DNA of 64,000 nt from Bacteroidota bacterium. GTDB lineage: Bacteria > Bacteroidota > Bacteroidia > Bacteroidales > VadinHA17. Positions 26,991 through 35,801 of the stretch are shown piece by piece. The number at the start of each line of letters is the position of its first letter. The first letter of the stretch is position 1. Below the pieces are notes generated by a model. The model did no database searches, was not told where the DNA came from, and saw only the letters and a list, made by a program, of their open reading frames with translations. Made by a program: the position numbers and the translations under genes. Location of the stretch: the NCBI GenBank assembly GCA_022703405.1, contig JAKLDT010000001.1, positions 1,523-65,522 of the forward strand, given 5' to 3'.

Positions 26991-27073
26991 ACCGGCTATC
27001 GGCTACCGGCTACCGGCAAAAAATGAACAAATTACATTTTCCCCGGATGCCGGTTGCCGTCTGCCGGGTGCCG
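26991..27073. repeat. Two blocks of 7-nt-periodic GC-rich repeats between convergent genes
   Basis: (ACCGGCT/ATCGGCT)x4 at 26991-27018 and (nnTGCCG)x4 at 27046-27073. The CGGC cores are mutually complementary. An A/T-rich spacer lies between them. Confidence 0.5.
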
Positions 27074-27913
27074 TTATTTACATTTCATTGCTCCCTTGAA
27101 ATAGCCTATAGATTCTGCTATTCCGGCAAGCGGGTCTTTCATGTCTTTTTCAAATTCGAGACTGCACATACCTGTGAATCCTATTTTCCGGAGGGCACCA
27201 ATTACTCCCGGGATATCAATAATTCCACGGCCAATCTCAACTGTCTTTCCTTCTTTTGTTGCGCCGTCAACATCCTTGATATGCACATCGAAGATCCTTG
27301 ATCCGTACCTGAGAATGTCAAATACAGGATTCTTGCCATCTCTTGTTGTGTGACCGATATCGATACAGATCCCCATCCTCTTGTCCTTGTCCCAGATATT
27401 GTTCCAGATATCTGTGGCATTGGGAAAAAGGGGATTGTCCGGTCCGTGATTGTGGATAGCCAGCCTGATATCGTACTGCTTTACCTTCTTTTCCACGTAT
27501 GGAATCAGGGCGTAATCAGGAGCTCCGACGATAATCTTAACGCCTGCCAGTTTTGCATATTCGAAGGCACGGTCAACTTCCTGTTCGGTTTTCATGTATA
27601 CAACCCCGACAGCATAGACATTAACACCCCCTGCCCTGAATTTGGATATTACAGAGTTTATCTGTTCCGGTGTGCTGTTGTATGGCATGTGAAAATCCTT
27701 TACGGAGAGATTAGATACCTGCACCCTTTTCATCATCTCTATTGACTGTTCAACAGAGAATTCCCTGAAGGTATAGCCGGCAATACCAAGACCAAAAAGA
27801 TCTTTTACTTCTTCCTGTGCCTGCTGAAATACCGGAGCACCATAAGCAGAGCTGACGCCTGCTGCAAGCAGTCCAGTGCCTGCCACTTTGAAAAACTCGC
27901 GACGTGTTTTCAT
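27074..27913 (-). CDS. Sugar phosphate isomerase/epimerase (xylose-isomerase-like TIM barrel) with a Tat signal
   Basis: Twin-arginine signal TRREFFKVAGTGLLAAG. The AIHNH and DIGH metal-ligand segments are typical of the AP-endonuclease-2/xylose-isomerase-like fold. Confidence 0.7.
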   Translation of the reverse strand: MKTRREFFKVAGTGLLAAGVSSAYGAPVFQQAQEEVKDLFGLGIAGYTFREFSVEQSIEMMKRVQVSNLSVKDFHMPYNSTPEQINSVISKFRAGGVNVYAVGVVYMKTEQEVDRAFEYAKLAGVKIIVGAPDYALIPYVEKKVKQYDIRLAIHNHGPDNPLFPNATDIWNNIWDKDKRMGICIDIGHTTRDGKNPVFDILRYGSRIFDVHIKDVDGATKEGKTVEIGRGIIDIPGVIGALRKIGFTGMCSLEFEKDMKDPLAGIAESIGYFKGAMKCK

Positions 27914-27937
27914 ATTAAATATTTAATTTACAGATAA

Positions 27938-29869
27938 TTACTTACGTACAACCATGTTATTGTCAAGCAGCCTGCTGTTATAGGTCTGCATTATAGCTTT
28001 AAGCTTATTTTCCATTGTCGTCTGAAGCTCCGGCTCTTTTCCCAGAAGATTATTGCCAAGAAATACGTCAGTTTTGAAATTATACAGCCCTGCGGATTTC
28101 CTGTCAACCATCTCAAGTATGTGATCCTTCATATACAAATGGTAATTACTTCCGTTTGTATTGAAGCCGAATGACTCGCTTCCTTCATCGAACAGGTCAT
28201 TTCCAAAGGCGATATACTCCTCATCAAAATTAAGATAATTCAGGACAGTTGGCATTATATCTACCTGCTGGGCAATCTTTTTCTTAACGCCTTTCATATC
28301 GCTTCCCGGCTTGTAGAAAATTACAGGAATGCTATATGAACCAAAATCGTTCTGAAATTCCTTCAGGATTGACTGATTTGTATGGTCGGCGGTAATTACA
28401 AATAAGGTATTGCTGAACCAGGGGCTGGCAGAGATCTGCTTAAAAAGTTCCCGGAGGGCAAAATCCGTATAGCCAACTACCTCAACAATTGGCGCAGCAC
28501 CTTTAGGGAACCTGCCCTTGTATTTTTCAGGAACTTCAAAGGGGTGGTGAGATGATACAGAGAAGATTGATGCAAAAAAAGGTTGCTTGAATGTATTCAG
28601 CTTATCACCGAAAAACTTAAAGAAAGGTTCATCCCATACCCCCCACATTCCGTCAAAATCATTCTTGTCGGGATACTGATCAAGGCCGAAATAATCATCA
28701 AAACCTATCATCCGGGCAAATGAGTCAAATCCCATTGAACCATTAGGTGCGCCATGAAAAAAGGCAGAATAATAACCTTTCCTTTTCAGAAGTTCCGGAA
28801 AGCCGTTTATCTCGTTATTGGCGTAGTGTGATATAATATAAGGAGTTTCAAGCGAAGGGATTGAGGCCAGTATTGATGGCATTGCGTCAATAGACTTTTT
28901 GCCGTTTGCAACAGAAACATCGAAGGTTATGCTCACCTTCAGAAGGGAATCAATGAAGGGCGTATAACCTTTGTAATTCCCGTTCTCAAGTGTCGGGTTC
29001 AGACCTCCGATATACTCTCTTGCAAAACTCTCAAGAATAATCACAACTACATTCTCATTTTTAAACGGCCCCTTGAGAACCGGCTTATAATGAGGATCAT
29101 AGATTGCCTTCAACTGCTCTTCATCGAAAAAACTGTACCTCTCTAGTGTTTTCTTCCCGAAAGTCCTGAAAATGCTGAATGGAGTGTTTAGCACTATCGC
29201 TACATCCCTGGGCGATTCAACATAACGTGCGGCATTGCTTATTGTAATTGGTCGGGTTGAATGCTTGTATCCGCCACGGGCGGCTCCAATAATAAGAGCA
29301 GCAACAACAGGTATCATCAGGACATTTATTGAATGATATGCCAGCTTATTTGAAACCTCCGGCTTCGACGTTTTGACCTTATTGTACAGCCAAACCATGA
29401 GGAACCAGAGAAAGATAGTAAAGAGAGTTGCAGGCCAGTAATCGAACAGGAAGCGGAAGAACATCCTGCCAAGGTGCTCTTCATTCGAAAAAGTTCCGAA
29501 TACATCAGCAGTGGCACGCTTGTAAACAAAACGGTAATAAACGAAATCCATGCCATTCATTGCAATGGCAACACCATTTACAAAAAAGTATATGTATTTT
29601 ATAACATTCTGATATATTACATTATACCTGAAATCGAACGGTATGATGCAGAGCAAGATCACAAGGCTGTTGAGATAAACCACGGCAGAGATATCAAAAA
29701 CAAGTCCTCCCCCAAGGATCTTTACAAAACTGCCTGCGGATATATCCGGGAACATTTCAATGTTAAACACATAAAAGCCCGCCCGGCAGAGTGTGAACAA
29801 AAACATCACAAGCAATATCCTGTATGCAAGGCCTGTATAGATATTGCCCGACAAATCAACTCTCTTCAT
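27938..29869 (-). CDS. LTA-synthase/sulfatase-family membrane protein (phosphoglycerol-transferase-like)
   Basis: Has about 5 N-terminal transmembrane segments followed by an alkaline-phosphatase-superfamily domain (VVIILESF, TADH). Confidence 0.75.
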   Translation of the reverse strand: MKRVDLSGNIYTGLAYRILLVMFLFTLCRAGFYVFNIEMFPDISAGSFVKILGGGLVFDISAVVYLNSLVILLCIIPFDFRYNVIYQNVIKYIYFFVNGVAIAMNGMDFVYYRFVYKRATADVFGTFSNEEHLGRMFFRFLFDYWPATLFTIFLWFLMVWLYNKVKTSKPEVSNKLAYHSINVLMIPVVAALIIGAARGGYKHSTRPITISNAARYVESPRDVAIVLNTPFSIFRTFGKKTLERYSFFDEEQLKAIYDPHYKPVLKGPFKNENVVVIILESFAREYIGGLNPTLENGNYKGYTPFIDSLLKVSITFDVSVANGKKSIDAMPSILASIPSLETPYIISHYANNEINGFPELLKRKGYYSAFFHGAPNGSMGFDSFARMIGFDDYFGLDQYPDKNDFDGMWGVWDEPFFKFFGDKLNTFKQPFFASIFSVSSHHPFEVPEKYKGRFPKGAAPIVEVVGYTDFALRELFKQISASPWFSNTLFVITADHTNQSILKEFQNDFGSYSIPVIFYKPGSDMKGVKKKIAQQVDIMPTVLNYLNFDEEYIAFGNDLFDEGSESFGFNTNGSNYHLYMKDHILEMVDRKSAGLYNFKTDVFLGNNLLGKEPELQTTMENKLKAIMQTYNSRLLDNNMVVRK

Positions 29870-29997
29870 AAAACAACTTTATTCAGAATCATAAACATAA
29901 TGATTCAGCTACAGTATTAAAACCAACAAGGTCTTAAAACTATAAAATCTGACAATGAGTTGCAAGAAAATAAAGCAGAAGAGGATATATATGAAGC

Positions 29998-30687
29998 TTA
30001 TTTTGTTTCCTTTTCCAGATCCTTCATCATCTCCTTGAAATCGGAATTCTTAAAGCCTTCCATAAACTGATTGGCCTTCCTGTAAGTCACAATACTGCTT
30101 ATCATCATAAGAACAAACAGGGCAATAAGTACATAACTGACAATCTTTACAGTGTCAGCTTTTGCCTTTAGTGTCTCAATAAGGGCATTATAGAGGAGCC
30201 AGAGCATGAACAGGTTAACAAGCAGGGAAATGAACACACCAAGGTAAATATTGATACCTCCTGCAAATCCGAGCAGGGCTGATACAGGCATTACAACCAT
30301 CAGAGCTGCTGAAACCCTTACATTGGTTTCAAAATCAGTGCTTCCCTTGCAGATGGCAGATATAACAAGAATTATTACTGCGCCAATGAACAATCCTATC
30401 ACAGCTGCAACAATATAATAGACAAAGGCCATTACACCAACAGCTCCTCCCAGCATTCCTCCGGACACAGTATTAAGATTCAGAAGGCTCCAGATAAATG
30501 CAAAGACCCCGGCAACAGCTCCGTAGATCACTGCTTTTATAAGTGGTTCTGCCAATCCTCCGGTTGTTTTCATGCCGGCGAAATATCCTTTCGGATTCAT
30601 CAGGGTCTCTTTTGATTCGTTAATTAATGCATTGAAATCAAATGATCCATTGCCCTGAGGGGTGGTTTCTGTTGCTTCGTTGCTCAT
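29998..30687 (-). CDS. Yip1-domain-like integral membrane protein
   Basis: Soluble N-terminus followed by about 5 hydrophobic helices. The family assignment is from memory only. Confidence 0.45.
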   Translation of the reverse strand: MSNEATETTPQGNGSFDFNALINESKETLMNPKGYFAGMKTTGGLAEPLIKAVIYGAVAGVFAFIWSLLNLNTVSGGMLGGAVGVMAFVYYIVAAVIGLFIGAVIILVISAICKGSTDFETNVRVSAALMVVMPVSALLGFAGGINIYLGVFISLLVNLFMLWLLYNALIETLKAKADTVKIVSYVLIALFVLMMISSIVTYRKANQFMEGFKNSDFKEMMKDLEKETK

Positions 30688-30787
30688 AATAAATCGATTA
30701 AAGGGTTAGTATTAACAAAGTACAAAATCAGTACCTAAGTTAGAAATATTTTCCAACAATTAATAAAAACCTTCTTAAAAGAGCCTG

Positions 30788-32680
30788 TTATTCCAGGTAA
30801 GTATAGCCGTAAAGACCTGAACGGTAGTTTGAAAGAAACTCCTTCCCTTCCTCAAGTGTAATTATGCCTGCCTTGACTGATGATGTCACCCATGATTCAA
30901 CAGTTCTCACCATTTTCTTCGAATTGTACTGAACATAGTCAAGAACCTCGGCAACACTCTCACCATCAATTATTTTATCGATACGATATCCTTCATCGTC
31001 AACGGAAACATGCACGGCATTTGTATCACCGAAAAGATTATGAAGATCGCCTAATATTTCCTGGTAAGCGCCCACTAGGAAAACACCAAGATAATATGGT
31101 TCCTTTCCTCTCATAACATGCAATGGTATCTGGTGAGGTGAATTTCTTGTTGAAATAAAGTTGTCAATCTTACCGTCAGAGTCACAGGTCATGTCCTGTA
31201 TTGTGGCAGTCCGTGTAGGCTCTTCATTCAGCCTGTGGATGGGCATTATGGGAAAGATCTGGTCAATAGCCCAGGCATCGGGCAGGGATTGAAAAAGCGA
31301 GAAGTTGCAGAAATACTTGTCGGACATCATCCTCGATATCTGCCGCAATTCTGAAGGCACGTGTTTTGTATTATTTGCCATCTGGTCTATTTCCCTTGCT
31401 ATTGACCAGAAGAGCCTTTCAATCTGAGCCCTTGTACGCAGGTCTATGAGTCCGAAACTGAACTTATCCAGGGCTTCCTCCCTGATCTGCTGCGCATCAT
31501 GCCAGGTCTCAAGCATCCTTGTCTGGTTAATATTGTCCCACAGCTGATACAGATCCTTTACAAGTTCATGATCATTTTCGCCAAGCATCTCTTCATCTTC
31601 CCATGTGGGCTGTGTGGTAGTCTCCAGAACTTCAAAGATAAGTACTGAATGATGGGCGGTAAGCGAACGTCCTGACTCTGTAATTATATTTGGATGAGGC
31701 AGTTTTGCCTTGTTGCTGGCATCAACAAAAGTGCTTATTGAGTCATTTACATACTCCTGTATTGTATAGTTAACACTGCTTTCGCTGTTTGACGAGCCTG
31801 TGCCGTCATAATCAACACCAAGTCCTCCGCCGATGTCAACAAACTCAACTTCAAAACCAAGCTGTCTGAGTTGTATATAGAACTGGGAAGCCTCCCTGAG
31901 AGCGATCTTTATCCGCCTGATTTTTGTAACCTGACTGCCAATGTGGAAATGTATCAGCTTGACACAATCCCTCATTTTGTTTCTCTCTATGTAGTCGAGC
32001 GCTTCAATCAGCTCACTTGATGTTAGTCCGAACTTACTTATGTCGCCGCCTGATTCCTCCCACTTGCCGCTGCCAACGCTTGCAAGCTTGATCCTGATTC
32101 CAAGGTTTGGCTTTATTTTCAGCCGTTTAGATATAGTTGCAATGAGTTTCAGCTCATTCAGCTTTTCAACTACAAGGAAGATCCTTTTGCCCATTTTCTG
32201 AGCAAGAAGTGCAAGCTCAATATAATCCTCATCTTTATATCCGTTGCAGATTATAAGCGACTCTGGATCTGTGTTGATTGCAATAACGGCATGAAGTTCA
32301 GGCTTTGAACCGGCTTCAAGACCAATGTTGAATTTTTTCCCATGGCTCACAATTTCCTCAACAACAGGCCTCATCTGGTTTACCTTTATGGGGTAGATGA
32401 TGAAGTTCTGAGCCTTGTAGCCATACTCTTCCGAAGCCGATTTAAAACACTTCGAGATGCTGATGATCCTGTCGTCAAGAATATCGGGAAAGCGTACAAG
32501 CACAGGTGCAGCTACATCGGAGAGTGTTAGCTCATCAAGTAATTCCTTCAGATCGACTGAAACACCATTCTTCTGGGGAGTTACAATGACATTTCCCTTC
32601 TCGTTAATTGAAAAATAGTCAACGCCCCATCCGTTAATGTTGTATAGCTCAGCTGAATCGTCCACTCTCCATTTTCTCAT
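30788..32680 (-). CDS. speA: Biosynthetic arginine decarboxylase
   Basis: 630 aa. The N-terminus WRVDDSAELYNINGWGVDYFSINEKGNV and the overall length are typical of SpeA. Confidence 0.9.
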   Translation of the reverse strand: MRKWRVDDSAELYNINGWGVDYFSINEKGNVIVTPQKNGVSVDLKELLDELTLSDVAAPVLVRFPDILDDRIISISKCFKSASEEYGYKAQNFIIYPIKVNQMRPVVEEIVSHGKKFNIGLEAGSKPELHAVIAINTDPESLIICNGYKDEDYIELALLAQKMGKRIFLVVEKLNELKLIATISKRLKIKPNLGIRIKLASVGSGKWEESGGDISKFGLTSSELIEALDYIERNKMRDCVKLIHFHIGSQVTKIRRIKIALREASQFYIQLRQLGFEVEFVDIGGGLGVDYDGTGSSNSESSVNYTIQEYVNDSISTFVDASNKAKLPHPNIITESGRSLTAHHSVLIFEVLETTTQPTWEDEEMLGENDHELVKDLYQLWDNINQTRMLETWHDAQQIREEALDKFSFGLIDLRTRAQIERLFWSIAREIDQMANNTKHVPSELRQISRMMSDKYFCNFSLFQSLPDAWAIDQIFPIMPIHRLNEEPTRTATIQDMTCDSDGKIDNFISTRNSPHQIPLHVMRGKEPYYLGVFLVGAYQEILGDLHNLFGDTNAVHVSVDDEGYRIDKIIDGESVAEVLDYVQYNSKKMVRTVESWVTSSVKAGIITLEEGKEFLSNYRSGLYGYTYLE

Positions 32681-32809
32681 TTCAAATAAATTTCTTTAAG
32701 TTAAACAAGCCGCAAATGTCAGAAAAAAAAGTATTTTTTGCAATGCAGTTTAAATATCATCATTTCATGGAATTAATCCAAAATAAATGAAGGAAGATTA
32801 AGATCTGTA

Positions 32810-34444
32810 TTAATGTTTCAGTGCTTTTGTATGAAAAGGGCCTGATCCATACACCTTATATACCGGAAAATTATTGTATCCCGGCCCCCACTGCGGAACA
32901 AGGTATTTGTCGAAATAATTCCATGCCAGCAGCCCTTCTCCCGACTCAGCTTCAAGTAAATAAGCAGCAACACGGGCAAGTGGCTGGTTCATTTTCACAA
33001 CTATGGCACCGGCAGGAAATTTTATCTTTTCAGTAAGATATTTACCCTTGACCGAATTGAGATAATGACCCTGGTTCAACCTGGCAGAACCCTTCAGCTC
33101 AGTTATATCAAATCTTTCAATACTGACTTCGGTCTCCTGTTCAAGTTCTTCGAGCATGATTCCGTGAAGCTGCAGAAGGTCGGTAACTGCCCTGTCGGAT
33201 GTTCCAAGTATATATGCAGAGGGCAGTGCAACACTTCTTACCGGAAAGAAATCGATGAAATAGGGAACTGTCACGTCCTTTCTACGGCCTGTGTTCCTGT
33301 ATGTCATCCATCCCCCTGTATTTCCTGCTTCCTCTGCTTCATAAGTGCGGATTGCAACCGGCTTCTCAATCGCCCTTACATCGTATGTTATTGCAAATGA
33401 ATCTATTGCAGCATTATTTAATTCATTTTCCGTAAAATGCATATCGGCATCCTTTAACAGTTGCCTTATCTCATCCCTGTTTTCAGAAACATAGTCGCAC
33501 AGGGTATTTATAAGATAATAACAGCCCCACACCCTTGATCTGAAGTCGGCATAGACATAATTCTCATTAAGTATTGCAATTCTGTTCCTCAGGCCATAAT
33601 AGTTTGTCATGTATCTTGGTTCCGATGCTTCCATCACCCAGCCTTTTTCAGGATTAAGCATGTCGATAAACTCGCCGTAGAAACAGTTTTCCACTTTATA
33701 TATGTCATTTAAGCGGGAAGACATTGCGGGCATCATTCTGTCGCGCATATACGAAATCAGCCTGCTGTCGGTATTAGGATTGACCATCCATGTGAAGGTA
33801 ACAGGTTCAGTATGATATGATCCGTTAGTAGTATGGCAATCCATGAAAACGTCAGGATCCCATCTGCCGAATACATTTTTCAGAAGCCCTCTCACCTCCG
33901 GCGATTCAGCTTTAAGTGCATCACGGTTCAGGTCAAGGAACTGGGCATTATGCCTTACTCCGACACCATTAACAGGACCATTCTGTGAAGGCCTGTTGTT
34001 TGTTTTTATACGGTCGTTGCCATCAGGATTGAAATCGGGGCAGATCAGCAGAACGGCATTCCTGAGCAGTTCCGGATCTTTTTGTTTAAGAAGGTCCCTC
34101 GCGAACATGAGTGTGGCTTCCTTTCCTTCAACCTCACCGGCATGAATATTAGCCTGAATATAAACAACAAGCCTTTTGTCATTTTTCAGATCTTCAGGAC
34201 AGGAAGGAAGTGGTTTTCCAATGATGAGAAGGGGTATATCCCGCCCTTCACAGCTCATTCCCATGCTTTCAGTTCTCAGCCAGGGTGAAGATTTTTTCAG
34301 GATATTGATGAATTCAATTACATCCTTATGCTCTGATGTCGACCGGAAATCGGATTTCTCGGCAACAGTCAGAATGGTAGGCTGAGAAAGAAGATTTACA
34401 GCAGAAAATAAAGAGATTAAAGCTACAAACAGATATCTTTTCAT
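32810..34444 (-). CDS. M14-family zinc carboxypeptidase-like protein, exported
   Basis: QANIHAGEVEGKEA contains the HxxE zinc-ligand motif of M14 peptidases. Signal peptide present. Confidence 0.75.
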   Translation of the reverse strand: MKRYLFVALISLFSAVNLLSQPTILTVAEKSDFRSTSEHKDVIEFINILKKSSPWLRTESMGMSCEGRDIPLLIIGKPLPSCPEDLKNDKRLVVYIQANIHAGEVEGKEATLMFARDLLKQKDPELLRNAVLLICPDFNPDGNDRIKTNNRPSQNGPVNGVGVRHNAQFLDLNRDALKAESPEVRGLLKNVFGRWDPDVFMDCHTTNGSYHTEPVTFTWMVNPNTDSRLISYMRDRMMPAMSSRLNDIYKVENCFYGEFIDMLNPEKGWVMEASEPRYMTNYYGLRNRIAILNENYVYADFRSRVWGCYYLINTLCDYVSENRDEIRQLLKDADMHFTENELNNAAIDSFAITYDVRAIEKPVAIRTYEAEEAGNTGGWMTYRNTGRRKDVTVPYFIDFFPVRSVALPSAYILGTSDRAVTDLLQLHGIMLEELEQETEVSIERFDITELKGSARLNQGHYLNSVKGKYLTEKIKFPAGAIVVKMNQPLARVAAYLLEAESGEGLLAWNYFDKYLVPQWGPGYNNFPVYKVYGSGPFHTKALKH

Positions 34445-34606
34445 GCGAAAAATTCAGAAACGGATAAATGTAGGTATTATTTTCGTATCAAAAGACGTAA
34501 AAAATAGATACATATAGTACTGATTTGTAGACATATATAAATTTATTTAGAATATTTCAAAATTATTTCATATCTTTCGGCCCTTAATTTTTAAAACATC
34601 AAAGAA

Positions 34607-34798
34607 ATGAACAAAGGAACAGTTAAATTTTTCAACGTATCAAAAGGATTCGGATTCATCAAAGATGCTGATTCAGACAACGAGTATTTTGTACACGCAA
34701 CAGGTCTGAAAGACCAGATCAAAGAAAACGACGAAGTAACATTTGAACTTGCTGAAGGTAAAAAGGGAATAAATGCAGTTAATGTTAAATTAGCTTAG
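34607..34798 (+). CDS. Cold-shock protein (CspA family)
   Basis: GTVKFFNVSKGFGFI (RNP-1-like) and YFVHAT (RNP-2-like). Confidence 0.95.
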   Translation: MNKGTVKFFNVSKGFGFIKDADSDNEYFVHATGLKDQIKENDEVTFELAEGKKGINAVNVKLA

Positions 34799-34817
34799 TT
34801 TATCTATAAAAAGTTAA

Positions 34818-34846
34818 AGCCGGTGATTAACTCACCGGCTTTTTTA
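34818..34846 (+). terminator. Intrinsic terminator of csp
   Basis: AGCCGGTGA-TTAAC-TCACCGGCT followed by TTTTT. Confidence 0.85.
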
Positions 34847-34881
34847 TTGAATAAACACAAACTTTTCTTCAGGCATGGATA

Positions 34882-34995
34882 TTAAAGCCTGCCCTTTTCT
34901 TCTTTCTTGGCTTTTTTGGCAGCACGTTTTTCTTTAAGACTCTTGGCTGGTTCTTTTTTGATTTTCACCTGTTCTTTTGATCTCTCGTGTGACAT
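34882..34995 (-). CDS. Possible 37-aa lysine-rich small protein (below the track length cutoff)
   Basis: My translation gives MSHERSKEQVKIKKEPAKSLKEKRAAKKAKKEEKGRL-stop, in an otherwise empty 270-bp gap. Confidence 0.3.
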   Translation of the reverse strand: MSHERSKEQVKIKKEPAKSLKEKRAAKKAKKEEKGRL

Positions 34996-35072
34996 GGCTT
35001 TTTGATTTTGGTTAATAAAAGTTGATTCAAATATACTAAACTCTGTGTTTCAGTAAATATTATCAGGGCACT

Positions 35073-35801
35073 TTACAATAATTTTGCGGCATCAGCATCA
35101 AGCAGCCACTCAGCAGTTCCCTGTACAGGAACAATTTTTGAAGCAGGATAGTTCATATAGCCACCCTCCTTTTTAACAACCTGTCGAATAATTTCAGATT
35201 TCTTACCTCCTGTAATAATAAATGCAATCCTGGCTGCATTATTAAGCACCCTGCCTGTTACCGTGATTCTTTTCTGCTTTGTTTCGGGATGTAAGGTAAC
35301 CTCGCAATTTTTTTCCGACTTAAACAGCTTTTCATAACCCGGAAATATTGATGCCGTATGGCCATCCTCTCCCATTCCCAGAATTATGAGGTCAAAAACA
35401 GGCATGCCTTCTGTTTTACTGACGTATTTCTCTATTACAGCTGAATATCTTGCAGCTTCACCTGAAGGATCTTTCTCACCATAGATCCGGTGGATGTTTT
35501 CCTCCGGTATCCTGATTTTCTTAATAAGGTTTCTGAATGCCATTCCAAAATTTGAATCGGGACTAACAGGAGGAACACAGCGTTCATCACCCCAGAAAAA
35601 ATGGACATGGCTCCATGGTGCTGAATTAGTGAAGTGGTCGCCCATTATCGAGAAAAGGAGTTCAGGTGTTGACCCTCCTGACAGTGCAATAGTTACATAG
35701 CGGTTTTCCGAAGCAGCGTCACTTATCATCTTCACTATTTCGCCGGCAAAGGTCTCTGCCAGTTCATACGGGGTACTGAAGACTCTTACTTTTACACTCA
35801 T
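35073..35801 (-). CDS. pgl: 6-phosphogluconolactonase
   Basis: GMGEDGHTASIFPG motif. Overlaps the zwf stop by 4 nt. Confidence 0.9.
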   Translation of the reverse strand: MSVKVRVFSTPYELAETFAGEIVKMISDAASENRYVTIALSGGSTPELLFSIMGDHFTNSAPWSHVHFFWGDERCVPPVSPDSNFGMAFRNLIKKIRIPEENIHRIYGEKDPSGEAARYSAVIEKYVSKTEGMPVFDLIILGMGEDGHTASIFPGYEKLFKSEKNCEVTLHPETKQKRITVTGRVLNNAARIAFIITGGKKSEIIRQVVKKEGGYMNYPASKIVPVQGTAEWLLDADAAKLL

